Positions 39,548-50,177 of a stretch of DNA of 64,000 bases are shown here, one piece after another. Source of the DNA: Alphaproteobacteria bacterium (lineage in GTDB: Bacteria > Pseudomonadota > Alphaproteobacteria > MPNO01 > UBA830); assembly GCA_965243135.1 (NCBI GenBank), contig OZ251539.1:4096001-4160000 (forward strand). The letters run 5' to 3'. How positions within the stretch are numbered: the stretch's first letter is position 1; each line of letters begins with the position of its first letter. The notes below the pieces were generated by a model. It did no database searches. It was not told the origin of the DNA and worked only from the letters and a program-made list of their open reading frames with translations. The translations under genes and the position numbers were made by a program.

Positions 39548-40411
39548 ATGCGTTTTGTCGCATTCAAAAAGAACAGGGAAGCCCGGCTGGGCGTCAGGAC
39601 GGATGCCGGGGTTGTCGATCTCTCCGCCGTCGACGAGTCCCTGCCCACCGACCTGAAACAGTTACTCGCCATGGGCAAGGGAGCCATGCAGCGCGCCGGG
39701 CGGGCGGCCCGGAAAGCGCCGGAAGAGGCTATCGTCAAGGGCCGGATCAGCCATCTGCCGCCGATCCAGGAGCCGCAAAAGATGATCTGCGTCGGGCTCA
39801 ACTACAAGGACCATGCGGCGGAGGCGGGTCTGAAGCCGCCGACCTACCCTGTCCTGTTCGTCCGTTTCCCGACCTCCATGGTCGGCCACGGCCAGCCGCT
39901 GATCGCGCCCAAGGCGTCCCGGCGGTTCGACTACGAGGCCGAGCTCGTCGCCGTGATCGGAAGCAAGGCGCGCAACGTCAAGAAATCCGAAGCGCTGAAC
40001 CACGTCGCAGGGTATTCGATCTTCAACGAGGGGTCGATTCGCGATTATCAGATGAAGGCCAGCCAGTGGACGGTAGGCAAGAACTTCGACGCGACGGGAT
40101 CCTTCGGTCCGGAATTCGTGACCGCGGACGAACTGCCGACCGGCGGAAAGGGCCTCGGCATCCAGTGCCGGGTCAACGGCAAGGTGCTGCAGGACTCCAA
40201 CACGAAGGAAATGATCTTCGACGTGAAGACGCTGGTCTACGAGGCGGCGCGCGCGTTCACCCTTCTGCCCGGCGACATCATCATTACCGGAACGCCCGCG
40301 GGCGTCGGGTTCGTCCGCAAGCCGCCCATCTTCCTCAAGGAGGGCGATACCTGCGAGATCGAGGTCGAGAAGATCGGCATCCTCTCCAACCCGGTCAAGA
40401 AGGAGAAGTAG
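39548..40411 (+). CDS. Fumarylacetoacetate hydrolase family protein
   Basis: CVGLNYKDH, DYEAEL, GKNFD and TGTPAGVG. Confidence 0.93.
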   Translation: MRFVAFKKNREARLGVRTDAGVVDLSAVDESLPTDLKQLLAMGKGAMQRAGRAARKAPEEAIVKGRISHLPPIQEPQKMICVGLNYKDHAAEAGLKPPTYPVLFVRFPTSMVGHGQPLIAPKASRRFDYEAELVAVIGSKARNVKKSEALNHVAGYSIFNEGSIRDYQMKASQWTVGKNFDATGSFGPEFVTADELPTGGKGLGIQCRVNGKVLQDSNTKEMIFDVKTLVYEAARAFTLLPGDIIITGTPAGVGFVRKPPIFLKEGDTCEIEVEKIGILSNPVKKEK

Positions 40412-40519
40412 CGCCCGAAACGGTTTCCGGACTCCGCTGTTCGCGACGCGAGAGTTCGGAAACCGTGGACGTATTTTTGAAGCCATCGCCGGGGAAGAAG
40501 TTCGGAAGCGCTTGGCCGA

Positions 40520-40660
40520 TGGCGGGGCGGCATTGGGCGTTTCGGAGCGCGCCTTCCGGCGCTGGCGCGACGGAGGGAGCGGAAAGGTTATACGACCATG
40601 GGCTGTCGGCTTGCCTGCCCCGAAACGCGTCGACGAAACTGCTTGGGTTCCGCCCCGGAG
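40520..40660 (+). pseudogene. Degraded transposase HTH fragment (ISNCY/IS481-like)
   Basis: AALGVSERAFRRWRD followed in another frame by EGAERLYD. Confidence 0.55.
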
Positions 40661-40911
40661 CGCAGCGCGCCCCGAACGTTCCCGCCGCTTACGAACGGAC
40701 GGTTGGAAAACCTGCCGTCCCGTCTGACGTGGTGGGTGGCGGCAGGTTGGGATTTGTCAGCGTCACGTTCCCACCGCATATGCTGTCCTGCGCGTAGCCG
40801 TCCAGCACCGTCCCATTCGCACGGTCGCCTTCACGGCGTTCCGGTCGCCAACGGCCATGCTTCCCCGACGGCGGTCCTGAACGGCGTCGCCGGCCGCGGG
40901 TCTCATGCTTG

Positions 40912-41200
40912 CTATGCTTCGAGCGGGCCCCGTTTGAATTCGATGCGGCTTCGACGGTCCAAATCTACAACCACAATATTCGCTGACGAACCGTCCAGGC
41001 TCTTCTCGTATCCCCGCAACAGATCCGGTAACCGGTTCGGAACGATCCTTTCCGCCGGATTTGCCCTGCAAATCTTTCGATACGCTTCCCAAATTCTTGT
41101 AACCGTGCGTCTTCCATCCATGGTGCGTGCGCCAAGAAGTTTCCCGAGAAGGATGTCAACCGCGATGCGCCCCGCCCTCGACCAATGCTTCGAATTGCAT
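40912..41200 (-). pseudogene. Frameshifted, truncated DUF4276-like partner of the ATPase
   Basis: MQFEALVE / DILLGK / RIVPNRLPDLLRGYEKSL / VVVDLD spread across frames. Confidence 0.6.
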
Positions 41201-41211
41201 CGCGCCGCCCC

Positions 41212-42501
41212 TCAATCCAGATAGTCGCTGTACCAGAGGCCGCCAAGCGGCAATCCTTCCTTTACCATAGCCCTGACGATTTTGTCGTCGCTCGCCCTTC
41301 GAATGCGGGAAAAACCGTCGCCTTTCTTCTCCAGAATCCAAGTTTCGTCAGGTCCAAGCGCGTCGACGAAATGCGGCTGGTGCGTCGTGACGAAAATCTG
41401 CGGCGCGTTCCTCCGCCCGGTCGCATGGCCGCGAAACTCGTCAGCCAAAATTTTCAGGAGCTTGTGATACAGCCCGCTCCCCGGTTCTTCCACGCAAATG
41501 AATGGCGGGGGATCCGGATCCTCCAGCATGAGCAGATAGGCAAGCACCTTCAGCGTGCCGTCGGACATCTGTTGCGCATAGAAAGGATCTTCGAAACTCT
41601 TGTCGTTGAAGCGCAAAAGCAACCGGCCATCGGGGCTACGCTCGGTATCGATCTTGTCGATACCCGGGACTCTTTCCGCGATCCGATTCAGAATCCTCCC
41701 GAATCCGCCTCGATGTTCACGTTCCATGAATTGCACAACGTTTCCGAGATTGTCGCCGTGGATGCTCAGGCGTCTCTGGGGGCCAACCATAGGCAGGCTG
41801 CGGGCCGCGTCCGGCGTGAAGCAACTCAAGTACCACCCTTCGACAAACTGGCGAAAAGATGCAATCCTGGGATGCTGCTTCAAAGCACCGAGCGTCGCAA
41901 TGCTGAGTCTGCTATTGTTCTGAAGTTCAACGCGCTCCGTTTTCTCGCTTTCTCCTCCCTTAGATCCCTCCGAGACTCGGTCCATCAACTTCACCAAGTC
42001 GAATCCAGTTTCTTCGTCTCCATCGATCCGCTGACCTTGCGCATCTCCTTTCCAAGCTATGCCTTTGCCTGCAATCATTATGAGGAACCATAAGGGCTGA
42101 CCGAGCTTTGGCCCTCTTTGCTGTTGTCCTAGGAGCTCATGCGAAACGTAAGGGCGCCCCGTATCGTCCTTGTCGATCGAGAGTACGTAGGTGAAGGGCC
42201 GCGTACGCGCTTGCTGTCGATAATGGATCTCGAACTTAATCGGTTTGTCGCTACCTTGGGAACGGATACTGTCGAATCCGCCCCGCCCCCGCACGTCGCA
42301 TGCTTCCTCCACCCCCAGCTTCAGGCAATCCGCCAGAAATCCGAAGGCGTCGAACAGGGCAGTCTTGCCAACGCCGTTCTTGCCGATCACAGCGGTCATT
42401 GGAGTCAACGAGGCAACATTCCGCATTTTCCACAGCTTGCCAAGCGCGACGTTCTTCAGCACCCGGTAGTTGACGATCCTGATTCCTTCGATCTTCGCCA
42501 C
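41212..42501 (-). CDS. AAA_21/AbiEii-like ABC-type ATPase (defence-associated)
   Basis: GKNGVGKT, MSDGTLK, VEEPGSGL, TTHQP and C-terminal LGGLWYS; lower GC than its flanks. Confidence 0.88.
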   Translation of the reverse strand: MAKIEGIRIVNYRVLKNVALGKLWKMRNVASLTPMTAVIGKNGVGKTALFDAFGFLADCLKLGVEEACDVRGRGGFDSIRSQGSDKPIKFEIHYRQQARTRPFTYVLSIDKDDTGRPYVSHELLGQQQRGPKLGQPLWFLIMIAGKGIAWKGDAQGQRIDGDEETGFDLVKLMDRVSEGSKGGESEKTERVELQNNSRLSIATLGALKQHPRIASFRQFVEGWYLSCFTPDAARSLPMVGPQRRLSIHGDNLGNVVQFMEREHRGGFGRILNRIAERVPGIDKIDTERSPDGRLLLRFNDKSFEDPFYAQQMSDGTLKVLAYLLMLEDPDPPPFICVEEPGSGLYHKLLKILADEFRGHATGRRNAPQIFVTTHQPHFVDALGPDETWILEKKGDGFSRIRRASDDKIVRAMVKEGLPLGGLWYSDYLD

Positions 42502-42559
42502 AGCAATGTTTCCTCTCTATCTCGGCGCCGCCAGCAACATGGCGCGGAGCAGGCCGCCC

Positions 42560-43139
42560 AGCGGTTTCAGCGGGAACGCCGCGTTCCCGGCGCATTCCCT
42601 GACGAATCGCGCGATGGTTTCGGGCGCGAGGCTCAGTTCCTGCGCCCACGCCCGGCCCTCGACAAGCGTCTCCAGATCGAGCTTTCGGGAAGCACGCCCT
42701 CAAGGACATTACGGTAAATGTCTCGAAACCAGCCTTCGTCCGCATCCTTCAGAAGCCGGTCCTCAAGATCGCCGTCGCCGGCCCGCACGCGCAATAGTCC
42801 CGAAGCACCCGTTCCACTGAGCACGGGGAATTTCTCACTGACGCGGCAGCTGATCCACGCGCGATATCGAAAGCCCGAAACAGGGATCGAACTCGTGGGC
42901 AATGCCCAGCGACCAAGCTTGCAGGCCGAGGCGCAAGAGCAGGCCGTCACCGTGACAGGAAAGGGCGGAGTCCGCGACAGCAACTTCAGCCAAATCGTCC
43001 GCCGTTAGCGCAACTCTGCCAAACTGCTCGGAGAGCGTGCCGACCAGGACCAAGCGTCAGTGCCGCATGCACGCATCGTTTCGTTGAACTGCGGCCCTGT
43101 CAGAACCTGTCCTTCGTCCAAGGACGCATCAACGCTCAA
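42560..43139 (-). pseudogene. Internally deleted SNF2-type helicase relic (DUF3883/DrmD-like)
   Basis: EGQVLTGPQFNETMR / LVGTLSEQF / LLRLGLQAWSLGIAHEFDPCFGLSISRVDQLPRQ* / LEDRLLKD..RNVLEG / APETIARF; the helicase core is missing. Confidence 0.65.
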
Positions 43140-43390
43140 CAATGACTCCCTGTGCGGCTCACGGTTGACGGTAAAATAGCATATGATCGCCAGTCCGACG
43201 AAGACAATCCCCGGCAGAGGCGTTTGCGCTGCGCCATTTTTCGTCGGCTCGGCGCCCGGCCGGCCCCCCTCGGGTCGCTCCGGACGGCCGCCGATAAGTC
43301 CGCAAGGGCCGCGCAGACGGCCAGATACGAGAACGAAAAGCGAATATCTGGTTGCCGCGGCAACGCGGCGCAAACGCTCCCCGACAAGGG

Positions 43391-43419
43391 GTTGAATCGC
43401 CGGTTCGCCCGAATCATAT
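43391..43419 (+). promoter_or_regulatory. Possible RpoH (sigma32) promoter of htpG
   Basis: GTTGAA-N17-TCATAT upstream of a heat-shock gene. Confidence 0.45.
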
Positions 43420-43453
43420 TGCGCTCAACGAACAAGATTGGAGATCCGCACCG

Positions 43454-45313
43454 ATGGCGCAAGAAAAACTGAAATTCGAAACGGAGGTCTCGCGCCTCCT
43501 CGGAATCGTCGCCAACTCTCTCTACAGCCGCAAGGAAATTTTCCTGCGCGAGCTCATATCGAACGCGTCCGACGCCTGCGATCGCCTGCGTTACGAACTG
43601 TTGACTGCGCCGGAACTGGTTGCCGACGCTCCGGAGTTCCGGGTCCGGATCTCCATCGACAAGCGGAAGCGGTTCGTCGAGATCGACGACAACGGCATCG
43701 GCATGAACCGCGAGGCGCTGATCTCGGATCTTGGCACGATCGCGCGGTCGGGAACGTCCGCCTACATCGAGGAGCTGGGCGACGATGCGGATCTCAACGC
43801 CATCGGGCAGTTCGGCGTCGGTTTCTATTCGGCTTTCATGGTTGCGAGCGAGGTCGAGGTGATCAGCCGACGGGCCGGCGAGGACCAGGCATGGCATTGG
43901 GCTTCGGACGGGACGGGCGAATTCACGGTCGGAGAGAGCGAGCGCGGCGTCCACGGCGTGACGGTTCGCCTGAAGCTCAGGAAAGGCGAGGACGAGTTCC
44001 TCGACGCGAGCCGCCTGCGCCACGTGGCCCGGACCTATTCGAACCATATCGCGCTGCCGATCGTCCTCGTCGACGAAGACGGGAAGGAAGAGACCGTCAA
44101 CGAGGCCTCGGCGCTCTGGACGCGGCCGCGCAAGGAAATCACGGAAGATCAGTACCGGGAGTTCTTCCATCACGTGGGCGGCTTCGGCGACCCCTGGATG
44201 ACGATCCACTGGAAGGCCGAGGGCGCGCTCGAATATTCCAACCTCGTTTTCGTGCCGTCGAACCGGCCCTTCGACCTGTTCGACCCCGGACGCAAGCACG
44301 GCATGCGGCTGTTCGTGAAGCGAGTGTTCATCTCGGCGGAGGCCGAGGACCTGGTGCCGCCTTGGCTGCGCTTCCTCCGGGGCGTCGTCGATTCCGAGGA
44401 TCTGCCGCTGAACGTCAGCCGCGAGATTCTGCAGAACAACCCGATGATCGCCCGCATGCGCAAGGCCATCGTGAAGCGCGTCCTTGGCGATCTGGACAAG
44501 AAGGCCAGCAAGAAGCCGGACGAGTTCGAGACGTTCTGGGAGAACTTCGGGGCGGTTCTGAAGGAAGGACTCTACGAGGATCCGGACAACCGGGAGGCGA
44601 TTCTCAAGGTCGCGCGGTTCCATTCGACCGCCGGCGACGAGCTGACCAGCCTGGCGGACTACGCGTCCCGCATGAAGGAGGGGCAGGAGGCGATCTACTA
44701 CGTTTCGGGAGAAGATAGGGACAAGGCGCGCCTCAGCCCGCAGCTGGAAGGCTTCGCGGCGAAAGGCGTGGAAGTCCTGCTGGCGACGGATCCGGTGGAC
44801 GAATTCTGGATTCCGGCAGTCGGGGAATACGAAGGCAAGGCTTTCAAGTCGGTGACCCGCGGCGCCGCCGACCTCGACGGGATCGGGGCCGACGACGAAA
44901 AACCCGAAGAAGGCGAACGGGCCGACGACAGCAAGATCAACGCCTTGATCGCCATGTTCCGACTGACCCTGAAGGACGAGGTGAAGGATGTCCGGATCTC
45001 GGAGCGGCTCACCGACAGCGCCGTCTGCCTGATATCCGACGAGGGCGACCTCGACATCCGCATCGAACGCATGCTCAAGCATAACAATCAGCTCGGCGAG
45101 GTCTCGAAGCGCATTCTCGAAGTCAATCCGCGGCACGCGCTGGTGGTGTCGCTCGCGAATTCGGTCGGCAAGGACAAGGCTGGCCAGAACGTCGAGGATG
45201 CCGCATGGCTGCTGCTCGATCAGGCGCACATCATCGAGGGCGAGCAGGTTCCCGATCCGGCCGCCTTTTCGCGGCGGCTCAACGACGCGATGTCGGCCGG
45301 GCTCGCCGCTTGA
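43454..45313 (+). CDS. htpG: Chaperone HtpG (Hsp90)
   Basis: FLRELISNASDA, DNGIGM, IGQFGVGFYSAF and GVVDSEDLPLNVSRE. Confidence 0.97.
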   Translation: MAQEKLKFETEVSRLLGIVANSLYSRKEIFLRELISNASDACDRLRYELLTAPELVADAPEFRVRISIDKRKRFVEIDDNGIGMNREALISDLGTIARSGTSAYIEELGDDADLNAIGQFGVGFYSAFMVASEVEVISRRAGEDQAWHWASDGTGEFTVGESERGVHGVTVRLKLRKGEDEFLDASRLRHVARTYSNHIALPIVLVDEDGKEETVNEASALWTRPRKEITEDQYREFFHHVGGFGDPWMTIHWKAEGALEYSNLVFVPSNRPFDLFDPGRKHGMRLFVKRVFISAEAEDLVPPWLRFLRGVVDSEDLPLNVSREILQNNPMIARMRKAIVKRVLGDLDKKASKKPDEFETFWENFGAVLKEGLYEDPDNREAILKVARFHSTAGDELTSLADYASRMKEGQEAIYYVSGEDRDKARLSPQLEGFAAKGVEVLLATDPVDEFWIPAVGEYEGKAFKSVTRGAADLDGIGADDEKPEEGERADDSKINALIAMFRLTLKDEVKDVRISERLTDSAVCLISDEGDLDIRIERMLKHNNQLGEVSKRILEVNPRHALVVSLANSVGKDKAGQNVEDAAWLLLDQAHIIEGEQVPDPAAFSRRLNDAMSAGLAA

Positions 45314-45317
45314 GCCG

Positions 45318-46589
45318 TCAGCCGTTTTCCCGCAGGGCCGCGCCCGCGAGATATAGGGATCCGCAAACCAGGATCCGGTCGCAGACGGCAGCCTGTTTCA
45401 GCGCGTCTTCGAGAGAGCCGGCGATCGCTGCCGCGAGGCCCGAACGGCGCGCGGCGGCGGCCAGGCGTTCCGGCGGCGCGCCTCCTCCGGGCAAATCGAC
45501 GGCGACGAAGCGCTCCGCGACGTCCGCGAGGGGAGCGATGAATCCCTCCGCGTCCTTGCCGGCCTGCATCGCGCAGACCACGCCAAGGGACTTTCCGCCC
45601 GGCAACTGCGCGGCGGCGGCCGCCAGAGCCGCGCCGGCCGCGGGGTTGTGGCCGCCGTCGATCCAGAGTTCCCGGCCTTCCGGCAACGACGCCGGCAGGC
45701 GACCGCGGGTAAGCCGCTGAAACCGGGCCGGCCAAACCGCGCCGGCAAGGCCGGCGGCGAGGACGTCCCGCCCGAAGGCGTCGGGACGCCAGCATCTCAT
45801 GGCGGCCGTCGCGACCCCGGCGTTGATCACCTGGTGCGGGCCGCGCAGCGCCGGCCGCGGGAGGGCGAACTCCGCGCCGGCGTCGCGGAACGTCACGCCG
45901 GATTCGGTCGCCTCGACCGACCAGTCTCGGCCGGCCGCAAGCAACGGCGCGTCGATCTCGGCCGCGCGCGCTTCGATCGCCGCGAACGCGTCGGGCGGTT
46001 GAGGGGCCGCGACGCAGGGCGCTCCCGGCTTGAGGATCCCGGCCTTCTCGAACGCAATTTTTTCCCGGGTGTCTCCGAGAAAGCCGGCGTGATCGATGGA
46101 CACCGGCGTGATCACGGCGACGGCGGGGGCGGCGATCGCGTTGGTGGAATCGAGCCGGCCGCCGAGGCCGGTTTCCAGAAGCAGCAGGTCAGCCGGACGC
46201 CGCGAGAACGCGAGAAAGGCCGCGGCCGTCGTGATCTCGAAAAACGTGACGGGAGCGCCGCCGTTCGCCGCCTCGCACTCTTCGAGGAGGTCGAGAAGCG
46301 TCTCCTCGGAAATTGCGCGGCCGTTGAGCGCGATGCGTTCGTGAAACCTGACGAGATGAGGCGACGTGTAGGCGTGCACGGAAAGCCCCGCCGCTTCGGC
46401 GATCGCGCGCATGAACGCGATGGAGGACCCCTTGCCGTTGGTTCCGGCGACGTGGATCGTCGGCGGCAAGCGATCCTGCGGCCGGCCGAGGGCCGCGAGC
46501 AGGCGCTCGGTCCTGGTCAGCGACAGATCGATCAGCTTGGGATGCAGCGCCGTCAGCCGGTCGAGGACGGCGTCACTCGCCGGCGCCAT
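45318..46589 (-). CDS. folC: Folylpolyglutamate synthase/dihydrofolate synthase
   Basis: HVAGTNGKGS, YTSPHL, ETGLGGRLDSTN and DGGHNP. Confidence 0.96.
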   Translation of the reverse strand: MAPASDAVLDRLTALHPKLIDLSLTRTERLLAALGRPQDRLPPTIHVAGTNGKGSSIAFMRAIAEAAGLSVHAYTSPHLVRFHERIALNGRAISEETLLDLLEECEAANGGAPVTFFEITTAAAFLAFSRRPADLLLLETGLGGRLDSTNAIAAPAVAVITPVSIDHAGFLGDTREKIAFEKAGILKPGAPCVAAPQPPDAFAAIEARAAEIDAPLLAAGRDWSVEATESGVTFRDAGAEFALPRPALRGPHQVINAGVATAAMRCWRPDAFGRDVLAAGLAGAVWPARFQRLTRGRLPASLPEGRELWIDGGHNPAAGAALAAAAAQLPGGKSLGVVCAMQAGKDAEGFIAPLADVAERFVAVDLPGGGAPPERLAAAARRSGLAAAIAGSLEDALKQAAVCDRILVCGSLYLAGAALRENG

Positions 46590-47469
46590 CCTCGACCGCG
46601 GCGATTTCCGCAGACGGCTCCCTTCGCGCCAGCAGGTCGAGGATGCGCGCCAGCGTATCGCGCAATTCCGACCTCGGCACCACCATGTCGATCATTCCGT
46701 GTTCCAGCAGATACTCGGCCCGCTGAAAGCCCTCCGGAAGCTTCTCGCGAATCGTTTCCTCGATGACGCGGGCGCCCGCGAAACCGATCACGGCGCCGGG
46801 TTCGGCGATCGCGATATCGCCGAGCATGGCGAGCGACGCCGAGACGCCGCCAGTGGTCGGATCGGCGAGAAGCACGATGTAGGGCAACCCCGCCTCCTTG
46901 ACCTGATCCACGGCGACCACGGTCCGCGGCATCTGCATGAGCGAAAGAATGCCTTCCTGCATGCGCGCGCCGCCCGACGAGGACACGACCAGAAACGCCG
47001 CCTTGCGGCTCGCGGCGAGACGCGCGCCGGCCACGACTCCGTTGCCGACCGCGACTCCCATCGAACCGCCCATGAACTCGAAATCGAACACTGCGGCCAC
47101 GACCCCCCGGCCGCCGATATCGCCGTGAGCGACGATGATCGCGTCGTTGCGGCCGGTGGCGGAGCGGGAATCCCTCAACCGGTCGCCATAGCGCTTGCGA
47201 TCCCGGAACTTCAGCGGATCCATGGCGCTGCCGGGCACGTCGACCTCCCGGTAAGCGCCCTTGCCGAACAGGAGATCCATGCGCTGGCGCGCCGGCAGCC
47301 GCATGTGATGGCCGCAGTGGCCGCAAACGCACAGGTTCTCGGAGAGGTCGCGGTGAAACAGCATCTGCTCGCAGGACGGGCACTGATGCCAGAGGTTGTC
47401 CGGAACGTCGGTCCTGGCGCCGACGAGAGATCTGATTTTGGGACGGACGTAGTTGGTCAGCCAGTTCAT
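46573..47469 (-). CDS. accD: Acetyl-CoA carboxylase carboxyltransferase beta subunit
   Basis: Zn finger CPSC/CGHC, GGSMG, SGGARMQEG and PTTGGVSAS. Confidence 0.97.
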   Translation of the reverse strand: MNWLTNYVRPKIRSLVGARTDVPDNLWHQCPSCEQMLFHRDLSENLCVCGHCGHHMRLPARQRMDLLFGKGAYREVDVPGSAMDPLKFRDRKRYGDRLRDSRSATGRNDAIIVAHGDIGGRGVVAAVFDFEFMGGSMGVAVGNGVVAGARLAASRKAAFLVVSSSGGARMQEGILSLMQMPRTVVAVDQVKEAGLPYIVLLADPTTGGVSASLAMLGDIAIAEPGAVIGFAGARVIEETIREKLPEGFQRAEYLLEHGMIDMVVPRSELRDTLARILDLLARREPSAEIAAVEDGAGE

Positions 47470-48275
47470 GCGGCGGCCCGGCGCACGGCGCGGGCGAGCG
47501 CGGCGACGTAAGCCAGCGTGCCGTTCACGGGATCCCCGCCGTTCAGTTCGTTCGCGATCTTTTCGACTATGGCGGTTCCGACCACGGCCGCATCGGCGAC
47601 GCGCGCGACTTCCGCCGCCTGCTCGGGCGTCCGGATGCCGAAACCGACGGCCACCGGAAGATCGGTCCGTCGGCGGATGCGGCTCACGCCTTCCTCGATT
47701 TCGGTCAGGGCGGCGCCGCGCGCGCCGGTGATGCCGCGCACGGAAATGTAATAGACGAAGCCGGACGCGTTCTCCGCCAGCCGGCCCAGCCGCTCGGGAG
47801 TCGTGGTCGGCGCGACGAGGCGCACCATGTCCATGCCGGCTTCCCGCGCGGGACCGGCCAGCTCGTCCGCTTCCTCCGGGGGCAGGTCGACGACGATCAG
47901 GCCGTCGACGCCCGCGGCGGCGGCGTCCCTCGCGAACCGTTCCGGTCCGTAGGCGTAAACCGGGTTGTAGTAGCCCATCAGGACGACCGGAGTGTCGCCG
48001 TCGGTTCCGCGGAACGCGGACACCATCGCGAGCGTCCGCGTCATCGTCTGCCCGGCGGCGAGAGCGCGTCCCCCGGCGCGTTCGATCGCCGGACCGTCGG
48101 CCATAGGATCGGTGAAGGGCATGCCGAGCTCGATCACGTCGGCGCCCGCGCCCGGCAGGCCGGCGAGAATGTCCGCCGAACGCGCGGCATCGGGATCGCC
48201 GGCGGTGACGAAGGTCACGAGGCCGCCGCGCCCTTCGGCGCGCAGCGCCTCGAAGCGCGGTTGCAGCCGGCTCAC
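47466..48275 (-). CDS. trpA: Tryptophan synthase alpha subunit
   Basis: [28 protein letters not shown] and VGFGI; GTG start overlaps the trpB stop. Confidence 0.96.
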   Translation of the reverse strand: MSRLQPRFEALRAEGRGGLVTFVTAGDPDAARSADILAGLPGAGADVIELGMPFTDPMADGPAIERAGGRALAAGQTMTRTLAMVSAFRGTDGDTPVVLMGYYNPVYAYGPERFARDAAAAGVDGLIVVDLPPEEADELAGPAREAGMDMVRLVAPTTTPERLGRLAENASGFVYYISVRGITGARGAALTEIEEGVSRIRRRTDLPVAVGFGIRTPEQAAEVARVADAAVVGTAIVEKIANELNGGDPVNGTLAYVAALARAVRRAAA

Positions 48276-49483
48276 AATTCGGCCCCCATCGCGGCGGCCA
48301 CGGAGAACACGTCCTTGTCGCCGCGTCCGCACATGTTCATGACGATCAGATGGTCCGCCGGCAATTCGGGGGCGATCTTGAGCACGTGAGCGAGAGCGTG
48401 CGCCGGCTCGAGCGCGGGTATGATGCCCTCCAGCCGGCAGCACAGGTGAAAGGCCTCCAGCGCCTCTTCGTCGGTCGCGGACGCGTACTCGACGCGCCCG
48501 GCGTCCCGCAGCCAGGCGTGTTCCGGGCCGATCCCGGGGTAGTCGAGACCAGCGGAAATCGAATGGGCCTCGAGAATCTGGCCGTCGTCGTCCTGCAGCA
48601 GATAGGTCCGGTTGCCGTGGAGGACGCCCGGCCTCCCGGCCCCCAGCGAAGCGGCGTGACGGCCGGTCTCGACGCCCTCGCCGGCCGCCTCGACGCCCCA
48701 GATCCGCACGTCGTCGTCGAGAAAGGGATGGAACAGGCCCATGGCGTTCGACCCCCCGCCGATGCAGGCCACCAGGCTGTCGGGGAGGCGCCCTTCCGCC
48801 GCCGCCATCTGCTCGCGCGCCTCGTCGCCGATCACCGACTGGAAATCCCGCACCATCGCCGGATAGGGATGAGGCCCGGCAACGGTGCCGATGACGTAGA
48901 AAGTGTCGTCGACATGCGCGACCCAGTCGCGCAGCGCGGCGTTCATGGCGTCCTTGAGCGTCGCCGAGCCGGTTGCGACCGGGACGACTTCCGCGCCGAG
49001 CAGCTTCATGCGAAAGACGTTCGGCTTCTGGCGCTCGATGTCCGTCTCGCCCATGTAGACCACGCAGGGAATGTCGAACAGGGCGCAAACCGTGGCGGTG
49101 GCGACGCCGTGCTGTCCGGCGCCGGTCTCGGCGATGATGCGCGTCTTCCCCATGCGGCGGGCGAGGAGCGTCTGGCCGAGGGTGTTGTTGATCTTGTGCG
49201 CGCCCGTGTGATTGAGTTCGTCGCGCTTGAAGTAGATTTTGGCGCCGCCGCAATGGGCGGTGACGCGGGACGCGAAATAGAGCGGGCTCGGCCGTCCCAC
49301 GTAATTCTTCAGGAGATCGCGAAACTCGCCGCGAAACCCGGCGTCGCCGCGCACCGCCTCGTAGGCCGCCTCGACCTCGGTCAGCAGCGGCATCAGCGTC
49401 TCCGCGACGTAGCGTCCGCCGTAGATGCCGAAATGCCCGCGCTCGTCCGGGCCCGCCCTGAATGTGTTTTGAGCACCCGTCAT
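48272..49483 (-). CDS. trpB: Tryptophan synthase beta subunit
   Basis: [25 protein letters not shown] and SAGLDYPG. Confidence 0.98.
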   Translation of the reverse strand: MTGAQNTFRAGPDERGHFGIYGGRYVAETLMPLLTEVEAAYEAVRGDAGFRGEFRDLLKNYVGRPSPLYFASRVTAHCGGAKIYFKRDELNHTGAHKINNTLGQTLLARRMGKTRIIAETGAGQHGVATATVCALFDIPCVVYMGETDIERQKPNVFRMKLLGAEVVPVATGSATLKDAMNAALRDWVAHVDDTFYVIGTVAGPHPYPAMVRDFQSVIGDEAREQMAAAEGRLPDSLVACIGGGSNAMGLFHPFLDDDVRIWGVEAAGEGVETGRHAASLGAGRPGVLHGNRTYLLQDDDGQILEAHSISAGLDYPGIGPEHAWLRDAGRVEYASATDEEALEAFHLCCRLEGIIPALEPAHALAHVLKIAPELPADHLIVMNMCGRGDKDVFSVAAAMGAEL

Positions 49484-49535
49484 GGCGGCGGAGTTTTAGA
49501 CCATGGAGCCGCCGTTGCAAAACGGGGGACGCCCG

Positions 49536-50177
49536 TCATTCAGCCCGGCCGGCGGCGGCGAGAAACGCGCGGATGCGATCCGGGTCCTTAACGCCCGGCG
49601 CGGACTCGACGCCCGAGGAAACGTCGACCGCGGACGCTCCGGATATGCGAACCGCGTCGGCCACGTTGTCCGGATCGAGCCCGCCGGAAAGCATCCAGGG
49701 CACCGGCCACTCGCGCCCCGCGAGAATGCTCCAATCGAAGGAGACCGCGTTGCCGCCCGGCATCGCCCCCTCCATTCGGGGCGGCGTCTTCGAGTCGAAC
49801 AGCAGCATGTCGGCGGCGTCGACATAGGCGGCGGCGGCCGCGAGGTCGGCGGGCCGCGAGATCTTGATCGCCTTCAGGACCGGCTTTCCCGTGCGCGCCC
49901 GGATCTCGGCGGCCCGATCCGGAGTCTCGCGGCCGTGGAGCTGGAACATTCCGGCGGCCGGATTCATCCGGTCGACGAGATCGTCGTCGGGATCGACGGA
50001 CAGGACGACGGGAACCACGCCGCCCGGCAGCAGCGACGAAAGCGCGCGGGCGGTCTCGGGGGTCACGTTGCGCGGAGAGCGCGGATAGAAGACGAACCCG
50101 ACGTATCTCGCTCCGGCCGAGACCGCCGCCTCGACCGCGCCGGGATCGGAAACGCCGCATATCTTGACGTCCGTCAT
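49536..50177 (-). CDS. trpF: Phosphoribosylanthranilate isomerase
   Basis: VKICG, QLHGRE, LSGGL and DVSSGVE. Confidence 0.95.
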   Translation of the reverse strand: MTDVKICGVSDPGAVEAAVSAGARYVGFVFYPRSPRNVTPETARALSSLLPGGVVPVVLSVDPDDDLVDRMNPAAGMFQLHGRETPDRAAEIRARTGKPVLKAIKISRPADLAAAAAYVDAADMLLFDSKTPPRMEGAMPGGNAVSFDWSILAGREWPVPWMLSGGLDPDNVADAVRISGASAVDVSSGVESAPGVKDPDRIRAFLAAAGRAE

